Assembly: GCA_002269645.1 (NCBI GenBank)
Contig: NIVC01000166.1
Coordinates: 636,486-700,485 of the forward strand
Direction of reading: 5' to 3'
DNA from: Macrostomum lignano
Taxonomy: Eukaryota
DNA: 64,000 nucleotides
Shown here: positions 47,401-60,544 of the stretch, piece by piece
Layout: every line of letters starts with the position of its first letter
Numbering within the stretch: position 1 is the first letter of the stretch
Notes under the pieces: model-generated
Told to the model about the DNA's origin: nothing
What the model saw: only the letters and a program-made list of their open reading frames with translations
The model's database searches: none
Made by a program: the position numbers and the translations under genes

Positions 47401-50400
47401 ATCGAACTGACTGCTCCGCACTGCAGACAGCGAAGAGGACGCCTCAGCCGGATCCGGCAGCGACCTCGGCGACGATGATGACAAAGAAGTAGCGGTGGAC
47501 GATCGACATCCGGCCGATGGGGAGCATTCGACACTTGACGACGCGTCAGTTGAATCCTCATTGGCTTCCTCGTCTGTCGGCGGAGCAGGCGGCGGAGGCG
47601 GCGCTGGACATTCCCTGGCCAAGTCTGCGGCTTCGGTGTCTTCTGTTGGCGGCTCTTCTAGTAGCAGCGGCAAGCAGCAGCACCAGCTCAGGCAGCACCA
47701 GCAATCGGAGCCAGTCCAGCCCCAGCCTCCTGCTTCATCAGCCGCAGCTGCAGCCTCATCAACTAATCAGTCAAGTCGATCTCGCTACAGCTCATCGGAC
47801 ACATACATTATCAAGGGCAATAATTATCTAGGCATGCCGACCAATCAGAGCCGACCGGCTGGCGGCAGCGGCGACTCCAGCCAGCAGCTGCAGCGTCGGC
47901 ATATTCAGCAGCCACCGGCAGTGCAAAGCCAGACTCCACCGATGCAGCGGCAGCAGCAGCGACCGCCAAATCCTCAGCAGCAGCAGCAGCAGAGCTCCCG
48001 GCAGCAGCCTCCAGATGTCACCCTGGCAGCATCGGCCGCCGCAGCCGCCGCTTCTGCCGAGCCGCAGCCGTCGGCAGCTTCGGATCATCGGTCGGGGCCC
48101 TACGGCCAGTCACGCACCTCCGCGAAGATCCAGCAGCTGGTGGCAACGCTGGCGAGGCCGAAGCAGCGACAGCCGACAGCTGCAGGCGGGTCAACTTCGG
48201 CAGCTGCCGGTGGCTCATCCGCCGCCGCCTCCGCGCCCGACGCTGCCGACGTGACGCTGACATCGTCTGATTCGCCAGACAGTGGCGGCGTCGATGCCAA
48301 CGCGCCGCGGCCGCAGGGCGAGGAGTCGCGGCCGGCCGTGGGCGAGTCGCTCATCACGGGGCCTGGCGCGGCCGCCTCGCTTGAGGAGTCGCTGATGCGG
48401 GCTGCCGCCGGGCCGCAGGCTCGAACTCAGGCCGTGGCCTGTCTGGAATTGTCAGGCAAGCTGAGCAGCTGCCTGACCTTCGCCAAGCTGCTAAACAGAT
48501 CGAAGAAGCTGGCCTACACTCTGCTCAATCGGCTGGGGCATCGCGGCGATTCGAGCTTGAAACCGGGAGACCGAGTAGCCATCGCCGTGCCGAACTCGGA
48601 CCCCGTGAGCTTCGTCATTGCCTTCCTGGCCTCGCAGTTCGCTGGATTGGTTCCGGTTCCGGTTGAGGCGCCGCCGCTGTGCGCGTCCGCTACCGGCTTT
48701 CTGCTCAGCTCCCTGGATATTCGAGTGCTGCTCACCACTGAAGCGTTTATTCGTACAGCGCCAAAGGCTGTGGCGGCTGCCGCTTCCGCCTCCGGCTCGA
48801 CTGGGACGTCGGCATCTGGCGGCGGGTCCGATCAGGTGAGCTCGCGATTGAGTTTAAAAAGCCGAATCCCATCCAATCATGATTTGAAATCCCATCCAAT
48901 CAAAGTTTGAAATCCCATCCAATCAAGATTTGAAATCCCATCCGATAATGATTTGAAATCCCATTCGATAATGATTTAAATCCCATCCGATAATGATTTG
49001 AAATCCCATCCAATCAAGATTTGAAATCCCATCCAATCAAGATTTGAAATCCCATCCGATAATGATTTAAAATCCCATCCGATAATGATTTCAAATCCCA
49101 TCCGATAATGATTTAAATCCCATCCGATAATGATTTCAAATCCCATCCGATAATGATTTAAATCCCATCCGATAATGATTTCAAATCCCATCCGATAATG
49201 ATTTAAATCCCATCCGATAATGATTTCAAATCCCATCCGATAATGATTTGAAATCCCATCCGATAATGATTTGAAATCCCATCCGATAATGATTTAAATC
49301 CCATCCGATAATGATTTCAAATCCCATCCGATAATGATTTAAATCCCATCCGATAATGATTTAAATCCCATCCGATAATGATTTAAATCCCATCCGATAA
49401 TGATTTGAAATCCCATCCGATAATGATTTCAAATCCCATCCGATAATGATTTGAAATCCCATCGATAATGATTTGATAATGGTCTGATAATGATTTAAAA
49501 TCCCATTCGATGGTTTGAAATCCCAAAAGATCAAGATTTCAAATCCCATCCGATCAAAGTTTGAAATCCCATCCAATCAAGGCTTGAAATCCCATCCAAT
49601 CATGATTTGAAATCCCATCCAATCATGATTTGAAATCCTATCAGATCAAAGTTTGAAATCCCATCCAATCAAAGCTTGAAATCCCATCCAATCATGATTT
49701 GAAATCCCATCCAATCATGATTTGAAATCCTATCAGATCAAAGTTTGAAATCCCATCCAATCAAAGCTTGAAATCCCATCCAATCATGATTTGAAATCCT
49801 ATCAGATCAAAGTTTGAAATCCCATCCAATCAAAGCTTGAAATCCCATCCAATCATGATTTGAAATCCTATCAGATCAAAGTTTGAAATCCCATCCAATC
49901 AAAGCTTGAAATCCCATCCAATCATGATTTGAAATCCTATCAGATCAAAGTTTGAAATCCCATCCAATCAAAGCTTGAAATCCCATCCAATCATGATTTG
50001 AAATCCTATCAGATCAAAGTTTGAAATCCCATCCAATCAAAGCTTGAAATCCCATCCAATCATGATTTTAAATCCTATCAGATCAAAGTTTGAAATCCCA
50101 TCCAATCAAAGCTTGAAATCCCATCCAATCATGATTTGAAATCCTATCAGATCAAAGTTTGAAATCCCATCCAATCAAAGCTTGAAATCCCATCCAATCA
50201 TGATTTTAAATCCTATCAGATCAAAGTTTGAAATCCCATCCAATCAAAGCTTGAAATCCCATCCAATCATGATTTGAAATCCTATCAGATCAAAATTTGA
50301 AATCCCATCCAATCAAAGCTTGAAATCCCATCCAATCATGATTTGAAATCCTATCAGATCAAAGTTTGAAATCCCAACCAATCAAGATTTGAAATCCCAT

Positions 50401-51541
50401 CTAATCAAAGTTTGAAATCCCATCCGATCAAAGTTTGAAATCCCATCCAATCAAAAAACCCCGTCCGCACTAATGGCAGCTCACGTACCCGGGCTGGCCT
50501 CGCAGCCTATTCTGGGCCCTGGTGGACGCCAATCAGTCCAATCCGCCCAAGGACTGGCAGCCGCCGTCGCTGCAGTCAGGCGGTCTGGACCCGGCCTCGC
50601 TGGCCTATGTTGAGTACGCCTGGGGTCGCGACGGCTCCGTGCGCGGCGTCTGCGTTAGTCGCGGCGCCGCCCTGGCGCACACGCGCTCGATTGGCGCCGC
50701 CTGCGGCTACGCTAGCGGGGAGTCGCTGGTGTGCCTGGTCGATCCGAAACGCGAGCTGGGCCTGTGGCACGCAGTGCTGGCCGCGGCGTATTACGGCATG
50801 AGCGTCGTGTTCGTGCCCTACGCCGTGATGAAGCAGGACCCGTCCTGCTGGCTTAGACTGGTTTCTAAGCAACGCATCGGAGTGGCTCTGGCGAAATCCC
50901 GGGATCTGTACTGGTCGCTGCTCACCCAGCGAGACCATCGCGAAGTGAACCTGAACTCTCTGCGATGCCTCCTGGTGGCCGATGGCGCCAACCCTTGGTC
51001 GCTGACGTCCTGCGACTCATTTCTGAGCGTGTTCCAGCCGCGAGGACTTCGGCCCGAAGCTCTGTGCCCGTGCGCCTACTCCTGCGAGTCCCTGACCGTG
51101 GCGCTGCGCCGTCCCGCCGGGTCCGGCGCCGCCACCAGCGGCCGCGGAGTGCTGAGCATGCAGGGCCTCAGCCACGGCGTTGTCCGGGTGGACTCTGAGA
51201 ACTCCTACACTTCGCTGACGCTGCAAGACTGCGGCCTCGTCATGCCCGCCGGCGCCGTCGCTGTGGTCCGTCTGGCTCCCGCCCAGCCGTTTCTGTGCCG
51301 ACAGGACGAGGTCGGCGAGATCTGCGTGTCAGCCAGGTACGCCGCCCACAAGTACTGGGGCCTGGCCGGCCTGAGCAACCAGGTGTTCCGCTGCCAGCCT
51401 CTCACCGCCGCCACCGGGGCGCCCATCTCCGATAGGGAGGTCTTCGTGCGCACCGGACTGCTCGGCTTCTTGGGGCCGCCTTCTTCGGTGAGTCTGTGCT
51501 TGTGTCTGTCTGTGCGTCTGTCTGTGTGTCTTAGTGGTCTT

Positions 51542-51602
<61 letters not shown>

Positions 51603-51645
51603 GTGTCTGTCTGTCTGTCTGTCTGTCTCGGTGTGTGTGTGTGTG

Positions 51646-51688
<43 letters not shown>

Positions 51689-51888
51689 GTGTCTGTCTGT
51701 CTGTCTGTCTCGGTGTGTGTGTCTGTCTGTCTGTCTGTCTGTCTGTCTCGGTGTGTGTGTGTGTGTGTGTGTGTCTGTCTGTCTGTCTGTCTGTCTCGGT
51801 GTGTGTGTCTGTCTGTCTGTCTGTCTGTCTGTCGGTAGTCTGTCTGTCTGTCTGTCTGTGTGTGTCTGTCTGTCTGTGTGTGTGTGTG

Positions 51889-51924
<36 letters not shown>

Positions 51925-54900
51925 GGTAGTCTGTCTATCGGTATGTCTGTCTGTCGGTATGTCTGTCATCTACGCTCGTATCTGTTTACTGTCTACGCTC
52001 GTATCTTTCGTTCAGTTAATCAATATGTGCTTTCTTAGCTTCTTGTATTATTAGAACACCACCACCAGTGAATGTTGAATGTATCATCTCTGTTCCATAT
52101 TAGGTTTGAATGCGCAACCATAATTAGAAACCTCGGTTAACCTATTCTACAGGGTCACAAAGTTGCTCTAGCATTCAAGTGTGTATCTGTGTGTTTTAAA
52201 CTGCCTTTATTAGTCTGGGTGTACTTTCTAATGTTAGATGATCCTTTATAAGGCAAGTATTACCATGACTTACATGTATGAGACCAAATTTATGCATGCA
52301 TGCTTATATTGTAAATGCGCATTTATTTGTAAATACATTTTTGTGTTCTAAATCTATAGCGGCATACATATCTGCAGTTTAATCTTCTATAGATTTCAGT
52401 ACAGTATGCGCATTGTAAAAGTCAACCCCAATGACCCTAGCGTATTAGGCATAGTGTTTAGCTTAGCTAGTACTGTACACAAATTTGACACTACAGCAGC
52501 TCTGCTATCAGTTGTGTCTGTCCCCGCAGTGTGTGTCCTGATTTGGCCTGGGTGAAATAAAACTTTACACTGTTCCGCTATCTGCTGACTGGCTTTCTGG
52601 TTTGTGCTTGATAGCAACTGTTCAGTGCTTAGTATTTATTAATTTATTATTTTGATAAGCTTCCGTGATCGCTGATAACTTCCTCTCCGCCTTCCCCTCT
52701 GTCTCCCTCACCGCCTTCCACTCTGTCTCCCTCTCCGCCTTCCCCTCTGTCTCCCTCACTGCCTTCCCCTCTGTCTCCCTCACCGCCTTCCCCTCTGTCT
52801 CCCTCTCCGCCTTCCCTCTGTCTCCCTCTCCGCCTTCCCCTCTGTCTCCCTCTCCGCCTTCCCCTCTGTCTCCCTCTCCGCCTTCCCCTCTGTCTCCCTC
52901 ACCGCCTTCCCCTCTGTCTCCCTCACCGCCTTCCCCTCTGTCTCCCTCACCGCCTTCCCCTCTGTCTCCCTCTCCGCCTTCCCCTCTGTCTCCCTCTCCG
53001 CCTTCCCCTGTTTCCCTCACCGCCTTCCCTCTGTCTCCCTCACCGCCTTCCCTCTGTCTCCCTCACCGCCTTCCCTCTGTCTCCCTCACCGCCTTCCCTC
53101 TGTCTCCCTCACCGCCTTCCCTCTGTCTCCCTCACCGCCTTCCCTCTGTCTCCCTCTCCGCCTTCCCCTCTGTCTCCCTCTCCGCCTTCCCCTCTGTCTC
53201 CCTCACCGCCTTCCCCTCTGTCTCCCTCTCCGCCTTCCCCTCTGTCTCCCTCTCCGCCTTCCCCTCTGTCTCCCTCTCCGCCTTCCCCTGTTTCCCTCAC
53301 CGCCTTCCCTCTGTCTCCCTCTCCGCCTTCCCTCTGTCTCCCTCTCCGCCTTCCCCTCTGTCTCCCTCTCCGCCTTCCCCTCTGTCTCCCTCTCCGCCTT
53401 CCCCTCTGTCTCCCTCACCGCCTTCCCTCTGTCTCCCTCACCGCCTTCCCTCTGTCTCCCTCACCGCCTTCCCTCTGTCTCCCTCACCGCCTTCCCTCTG
53501 TCTCCCTCACCGCCTTCCCTCTGTCTCTATCTATATCTCCCTCGTCTCCCTCCCTATCTTCCTCTCTGTCTCCCTCTCCGCCTTCCTCCCTGTCTCCCTC
53601 TCTACCTCCGTCTCCCTTTATCTCCCTCTCCGTCTCTCTATCTGGCCCTCTGTGTCTCCCTCTTCTTCTCCGGCACCTCCATATCACTCTCCGGCTACCT
53701 CTCTGTCTCCCCCTGTCTCCCTCTCAGTTTCCGCCTCACTCTGCCTCCTTAAACCTCACCTTTCATTCTATCGCTTTGCATCGCACACCCCAATGTTCCT
53801 AATCAAAAGTGAGGAATCCCACAGCACGAGAAGTCCCGATCTCGAGCGGCTGCACTCACCAACCCCCCCCCCCCCACAGGGCGGTCTCGTGTTCGTGTGC
53901 GGCAGCCTGGAAGGCCTGATGACGGTGGCTGGCAGGCGGCACAACTCAGACGATCTGATCGCCACGGTGCTGGCAGTTGAGCCTCTCAAATTTGTATTCC
54001 GCGGCCGGATCGCCGTGTTTAGTCAGAGAATTTTAAACGACGAACGGATTATCATAGCGGCAGAGCAGAGACCGGACGCCAATGAGGACCAGTGCTTCCA
54101 GTGGATGTCGCACGTTCTGCAGGCTGTTGATAGCATTCATCAGGTGCGCTTGCTGCTTAGTAGTTGACGTTTTAAGGATAAATCAGACACACTGCTCTGA
54201 GATACTCTTACAAAATTCTCCCTGAGATGTTCCACAGAATTCTGCGTGTGATATTCCCCCAGAATTTTCCTTGAGATATTCCCCTAGGCTTCTCGTTGAG
54301 ATATTCCCCCAGAATTCTCATTGAGCTATTCCCCCAGAATTCTCCTTGAGATATTCCTCTAGACTTCTCCTTGAGATATTCCCCTAGTATTCTCCTTGAG
54401 ATTCCCCTAATATTCTTAAGATATTCCCCTAGAATTCTCGTTGAGATATTCCCCTAGAATTCTCGTTGAGATATTCCCCTAGAATTCTCGTTGAGATATT
54501 CCCCTAAAATTCTCGTTGAGATATTCCCCTAGAATTCTCGTTGAGATATTCCCCTAGAATTCTTCTTGAGATATTCCCCTAGAATTCTCGTTGGGATATT
54601 CCCCTAGAATTCTCGTTGAGATATTCCCCTAGAATTCTTCTTGAGATATTCCCCTAGAATTCTCGTTGGGATATTCCCCTAGAATTCTCGTTGAGATATT
54701 CCCCTAGAATTCTTCTTGAGATATTCCCCTAGAATTCGCGTTGAGATATTCCCCTAGAATTCTCGTTGAGATATTCCCCTAGAATTCTCGTTGAGATATT
54801 CCCCTAGAATTCTCGTTGAGATATTCCCCTAGAATTCTCGTTGAGATATTCCCCTAGAATTCTCGTTGAGATATTCCCCTAGAATTCTTCTTGAGATATT

Positions 54901-57900
54901 CCCCTAGAATTCTCGTTGAGATATTCTCCTAGAATTCTTCTTGAGATATTCCCCTAGAATTCTTCTCGAGATATTCCCCTAGAATTCTTCTTGAGATATT
55001 CCCCTAGAATTCTCGTTGGGATATTCCCCTAGAATTCTCGTTGAGATATTCCCCTAGAATTCTTCTTGAGATATTCCCCTAGAATTCTCGTTGGGATATT
55101 CCCCTAGAATTCTCGTTGAGATATTCCCCTAGAATTCTTCTTGAGATATTCCCCTTGAGAATATTCCCCTTCTTCTTGAGATAATCCCCTAGAATTCGCG
55201 TTGAGATATTCCCCTAGAATTCTTCTTGAGATTATTCCCCTAGAATTCTCGTTGAGATATTCCCATAGAATTATTCTTGAGATATTCCCCTAGAATTCTC
55301 GTTGAGATATTCCCCTAGAATTCTCGTTGAGATATTCCCCTAGAATTCTCGTTGAGATATTCCCCTAGAATTCTCGTTGAGATATTCCCCTAGAATTCTT
55401 CTTGAGATATTCCCCTACAATTCTCGTTGAGATATTCCCCTAGAATTCTCGTTGAGATATTCCCATAGAATTATTCTTAAGATATTTCCATAGACTTCTC
55501 ATGTCGTTGAAATATTTCCCTAGAATTATCCTTGAGATATCCCTCAAAATTCTCCTAGAGATATTCCTACAGAATTCCTCAAGAGAAATTACTCAGTATT
55601 TTTATTCAGATTCGATCTCTTTACTATTCTGAAATATTCTGAAGAATCCTACTGGATTGGTCCTGTATCGTAATTTAGATTTACGCGCAGTTAACCTACT
55701 TGTAGTAGAGCGGCAAGCTAACATGCGCAAATCTTACAATTCCTCGCCCAGGTCGGAGTCTACTGCATCGCCCTGGTGCCGCCCAACTCGCTGCCTCGCA
55801 GTCCCCTGGGCGGCATCAACTCGCACGAGACCCGCCGCAGGTTCGCGGCTGGCCAGCTGCACCCGGCCAACATCCTGATGTGCCCGCACTCCACCGTCAC
55901 CAACCTGCCCAAGCCGCGGCAGACCACCAGCGCCGAGCCGCTGTCAATGATGGTCGGCTCCCTGGTCCAGGGTGCCCGCCTTGCCGAAGCCGAAGGCCGC
56001 CCGATGCCAGACGATGGCCTTCAGCAGCAGCAGGGCGGCGGCGGCGGCGGCTGGATGAGCCTCGCCGACACCCTGCGAGCTCGGAGCCGGGACCCGGACC
56101 AGCGCCTGTTCACTGTGCTGTCAGCCGGCAAGCTGGTGGGCCCGCAGGCTGCTCAGCCTGAGCAGTGCCTCACCGCGCTGGGGCTGCACAAACGGGCCGA
56201 GAGACTCGCCGCCCTGCTGCGGTCCCGCCTGCCGCAGTCGCTCAGCACCGACCAGCAGCAGCAGCACGCTGTGGCTTTGATGCTGCCGCCAGGACTTGAT
56301 CTTATTGTCGGCGTCTTCGGCTGCTTCTACGCCGGCTGCCTCCCAGTTGCTATGCGACCGCCGCCGTCTTCTTCATCAGCCGCAGCCTCCTCATCGTCCA
56401 GCCTGTCGGGCAGTTCAACAGTGGGCAGCGGCAACCAGACGATCGGGCATCAGGGCCTGCCAGCTTGCCAAGCCGTCCTGCAGGCTAGCAAAGCCTCTCT
56501 GTTGCTGACCAATCAGCCTACCGCTAAGCTGCTCAAAGCCCTGCTCAGTCATCACCAGCAGGCCGCGAACTCCTGGCCTCCGGTTGTTGACATTGACGAC
56601 AAGCGGAAGGTTCAGCATCAGCAGCAGCAGCCGGCCCCGGCGCATCCAGACTCCGACGCTTATTTAGACTTCTCCATCAGCACTACGGGCCTGCTATCCG
56701 GAGTTCGAGTCACCCATAGAGCCGCTGTGCACCTGTGCAAAGCTGTCAAACTGCAGTGCGAGCTGTACCCAACCAGGGAGATTGCTCTGTGTCTGGACCC
56801 TTACTCGGGCCTGTCATTCGCGCTCTGGTGCCTGTGCTCAGTGTACACCGGGCATCACACTGTGCTGCTGCCTCCCGCCGAGCTTGAGGCCTCCCCTGCG
56901 GCATTTCTGTTCGCCGTCAGTCAGCGGGGAATCCGGGACGCATTCTGCAGCTACCCAGTGTTGGACCTGTGCGCCTCGCAGCTGGCCCAGCAGCTGGACC
57001 TGCTCAAGGTGAGGTTTTTTTTATTGTCTTCATCGGTTTTCCTAATCTTCCCTGCTTCTTTTTACTGTCAAACTGATGCCAAATAATCTTCCCCAATCAT
57101 TCCCATTATCTGTCTCCCCAATTGTCCCCATTGTCTGAATCCTCCAATTATCCCCATTGTCTTTCTTCCCCAATTATCCTCATTGTCTGTCTTCCCCATT
57201 TATCCTCATTGTCTGTATTCCTCAATTATCCCAATTCTCTGTTATCCCCGATTAACCCCATTGTCTGTATTCCCCAATTATCCCAATTCTCTGTTATCCC
57301 CAATTATCCCGATTGTCGGTCTTCCCCAATTATCCTCATTGTGTATTCCCCAATTATCCCGATTGTCGGTCTTCCCCAATTATCCTCATTGTGTGTATTC
57401 CCCAATTATCCCAATTCTCTGTTATCCCCGATTATCCCCATTGTCTGTATTTCCCAATTATCCCAATTCTCTGTTATCCCCGATTATCCCCATTGTCTGT
57501 ATTCCCAAATTATCCCAATTCTCTGTTATCCCTGATTATCCCCATTTTCTGTCTTCCCCGATTATCCCCATTTTCTGTAATCCCTAATTATCCCCAAATC
57601 TATCTCTATTTCCATATCTCTCCCTATACCCTGTGCAGCAAAAGCTTCAAGTCAGCCTGTCGAGTCTCCGGTCGCTAATCGCCGTAGCCGAGGAGCGGCC
57701 CCGCCTCGGTCTGCTGCAGAGCTTCAGCAAGCTGTTCAGCCCGTTGGGCCTCAAAGCCTCCGCTCTCAGCGCCAGCTTCGGGTGCCGGGTCAATGCGTGC
57801 ATCTGCCTGCAGGGCGCCTCGTCGCCGGAGTGCAGCACCGTCTATGTGGACGCGGCCGCGCTGCGCCAGGTGAGGATGAGAACGATGAGAAGCTGGGTGA

Positions 57901-60284
57901 GAAGGAAGGAGAGTCTGAAAACAAATGGCAGATAGAGAGATGGGTACATGGTTAAGAGTGTAGAGAGAAGGTGAGGTAGAGTGGAGAAGGACGGTGAAAC
58001 AGAGTGGAGAGAGAGGGTGAGATAGGGTAGAGAGAGAGCGAGAGTGAGATTGAGGGCAGACCTAGGGGAGACAGGGTGAGATACAGACGATACTGAGGGT
58101 GAGGCAGGGGGAGATAAACGGTGAGACAGAGGGAGATAAAGAGTGAGGCAGAGGGAGATAAAGGGTGAGACTGAGGGAGATAAAGGGTGAGACGGAGGGA
58201 GATAAAGGGTGAGGCAGAGGGAGATAAAGGGTGAGACGGAGGGAGATAAGGGGTGAGGCAGAGGGAGATAAAGGGTGAGGCAGAGGGAGATAAAGGGTGA
58301 GACTGAGGGAGATAAAGGGTGAGACGGAGGGAGATAAAGGGTGAGGCAGAGGGAGATAAAGGGTGAGACGGAGGGAGATGAGGGGTGAGGCAGAGGGAGA
58401 TAAAGGGTGAGACAGAGGGAGATAAAGGGTGAGACAGAGGGAGATAAAGGGTGAGACAGAGGGAGATAAAGGGTGAGGCAGAGGGAGATAAAGGGTGAGA
58501 CGGAGGGAGATAAAGGTTGAGGCAGCTGGACAGCCGGCATCCAACCCGTCCCTGATGCCGCAGGACCGAGTGCAGCTGGTGGACCGGGGCAGCCCGGGCT
58601 CGCTGCCCCTGTCGGAATGCGGCCAGCTGCTCTGCGGCACCCGAGTGGTGATCGCCAACCCGGAGACTCGAACTCAGTGCGCCGATTCTCATCTGGGCGA
58701 GATTTGGGTCGCGGCGGGTCACAGCGCATCCGGGTACTGCGCCTTGCTAGGCAGCGGCTTCGGCGGCGGCGACACCGACACCTCCGGAGCCGTGGACCCC
58801 GCCAGCGCCAGGGACCACTTCAATGCCTGCCTGACTGCCGGAGGCGATACCTCAGTCCGCTATTGCCGAACCGGCTACCTGGGCTTCGTGAAGCGAACCG
58901 ACCTCACGGCTGTTGACGGCTCTCGTCACGATGCCGTGTTTCTGGTTGGCGCTCTGGACGAAGCCATCCAGCTGCGCGGCCTGCGATATCATCCTGGCGA
59001 TATTGAGGCCACGGTGGTGCGCTGTCATCACACCGTCTGCGAGTGGTGAGCGATTCTGCTACTGACAGTAGCTTGTTGGGGAATTGTTGCTTTAATTGCA
59101 CTCTGATAATTCCTGAGTATGAGGGGATAACAGTGGCCACCTGAAGGCCCGAGTATTGGGGGGGGGGTAGTGATTATCTGAAGGCCTGAGTATAGAGGGA
59201 TAGCAGTGTCCACCTGAAGGCCTGAGTATAGGGGGAGAAGCAGTGTCCACCTGAAGGCCTGAGTATAGAGGGGTAGCAGTGTCCACCTGAAGGCCTGAGT
59301 ATAGAGGGGTAGCAGTGTCCACCTGAAGGCCTGAGTATAGAGGGGTAGCAGTGTCCACCTGAAGGCCTGGGAATAGTGGGAGTAGCAGTGGCCACCTGAA
59401 GGCCTGAGTATAGGGGGAGTAGCAGTTTTCACCTGAAGGCCTGAATATTGGGGGGGGAGTAGCAGTGTTTACCTGAAGGCCTGAGTATAAGGGGGGGAAC
59501 GTGAAGGCCTGAGTATAGGGGGGGGGAGTAGCAGTATTCACCTGAAGGCCTGAATATTGGGGGGGGAGTAGCAGTGTTTACCTGAAGGCCTGAGTATAGG
59601 GGGAGTAGCAGTGTTCACCTTAAGACCTGAGTATAAGGGGGGGGGCACGTGAAGGCCTGAGTATAGGGGAGGGGGCACCTGAAGGCCTGAGTATAGGGGG
59701 GGGGCACCTGAAGGCCTGAGTATAGGGGGGGGGCACCTGAAGGCCTGAGTATAAGGGGGGGTAGCAGTATCCACCTGAAGGTCACAGTTTATACTGTAGG
59801 AGCTGTTCTGTTTTCTCTAAGAGCCTGAGGGTAGGGCGGTAGCAGTGTTCATTAACGACCTGCAGGAATGTGAGTGGCTGAGTGCATTTAGTGACGGTTC
59901 CTAAAGGCCTAAATGGATTTTGTGATTTCCACTGAAGGCTTGAAGGTGGACTTGTAGTACAGAGCTATCACTGTAGTTATAACAAGAACGTGTGGCGCCA
60001 ATTTAAAACCAACCCAAACCGCATTTGGCAGCGCCGTGTTCACCTGGCGCTCCCTGCTTGTTGTCGTGGCCGAACTCAATGGCAAAGAGTTCGAATCGCT
60101 CGACCTAATCCCGCTAATCACTTCGAGCATCCTGGAGGAGCACCATCTCATAGCTGGCGTCATCGTGATCTGCGATCCGCGCACCATCCCGCTGAACAGC
60201 CGCGGCGAGAAACAGCGGATGCACCTCAGAGACGGGTTCCTTGACGACAAGTTGGATCCAATTTATGTAGCCTACAATCTGTAG
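41413..60284 (+). CDS. DIP2: Disco-interacting protein 2, 9 exons: 41413-41494, 45343-45759, 47427-48835, 50480-51487, 53880-54143, 55752-57008, 57639-57869, 58564-59045, 60032-60284; 1800 aa
   Basis: DMAP1-binding domain ([19 protein letters not shown]|[15 protein letters not shown]) and two adenylate-forming-like domains ([45 protein letters not shown]), ending [26 protein letters not shown]. Exons sum to 5403 nt in phase. Confidence 0.97.
41605..41645. repeat. (GATA)n microsatellite
   Basis: Direct reading. Confidence 0.9.
41651..42300. mobile_element. 650-bp non-autonomous hAT element in DIP2 intron 1
   Basis: TIRs TAGTGTTCC/GGAACACTA, exact 8-bp TSD GATAAAGC (41643-41650, 42301-42308), and many subterminal CCATAG/CTATGG motifs. 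Confidence 0.9.
44913..45290. repeat. 21-bp minisatellite GTGGGTCATGTCAGTCTAGCT (DIP2 intron 1)
   Basis: About 18 tandem units ending ~50 nt before the exon 2 acceptor. Confidence 0.95.
46323..47158. mobile_element. hAT-like MITE with an expanded GGGGAATGGGGAGA-type purine minisatellite (DIP2 intron 2)
   Basis: Left end CAGTGGTGGGCAAAC; interior array at about 46470-47050; right core GAGCTGAGAAGAGAC...AAGTTT...GGCCGGATAGAG shared with the other copies. Confidence 0.75.
48865..50455. repeat. 22-23-bp minisatellite GATTTGAAATCCCATCC(AATCAA/GATAAT) with a 69-bp higher-order domain (DIP2 intron 3)
   Basis: Monomer domain to about 49500, then a 3x23-bp unit repeated about 11 times (period 49741 to 49810). 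Confidence 0.95.
51490..51960. repeat. (TGTC)n/(TG)n compound microsatellite (DIP2 intron 4)
   Basis: Starts immediately after donor 51488. Confidence 0.97.
52680..53525. repeat. 23-24-bp pyrimidine minisatellite CTC(A/T)CCGCCTTCCC(C)TCTGTCTCC (DIP2 intron 4)
   Basis: Direct tandem units that decay into CT-rich sequence up to about 53740. Confidence 0.95.
54230..55590. repeat. 25-bp minisatellite GAGATATTCCCCTAGAATTCTCGTT (DIP2 intron 5)
   Basis: Period 25 (54421 to 54446); one GAATTC in most units; degenerate edges. Confidence 0.97.
57085..57590. repeat. 26-bp minisatellite CCCCAATTATCC(T/C)CATTGTCTGT(C/A)TT and variants (DIP2 intron 6)
   Basis: Period 26 (57181 to 57207). Confidence 0.92.
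58100..58520. repeat. 22-bp minisatellite GAGGGAGATAAAGGGTGAG(A/G)C(A/G) (DIP2 intron 7)
   Basis: Period 22 (58393 to 58415). Confidence 0.95.
59120..59785. repeat. ~36-bp minisatellite CACCTGAAGGCCTGAGTATAGAGGGGTAGCAGTGTC with variable G-runs (DIP2 intron 8)
   Basis: Period 36 (59281 to 59317); shorter ~28-bp variants near 59640-59750. Confidence 0.93.
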
Positions 60285-60544
60285 GCAGTTCGGTCTAAGC
60301 GTTGCTTTTGTCAGGTGAAGTTGATAATTAGACAACAGCCACTAGATGCCATAGACTATAAAGCCGGTCATGCACTTTAACACAGACTGTATCAGTCATG
60401 GAAATTTGAAAATTTGAGGGAAATCCAAAGATGTATTTGATAGACTGATTCAGCAGCCAATCAAGTCCTACGGGGGATTATTTTTAACTTTCATCAGCCA
60501 ATAGATTCCTAGGGGGTAAATTCCAAGTTTGGAGGAAAGAATTC

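Noticed and set aside
47427-59045. Horizontally acquired bacterial acyl-AMP ligase or NRPS, suggested by GC-rich adenylation-like ORFs
   Set aside because: The motifs, domain order and spliceosomal introns match the animal DIP2 family.
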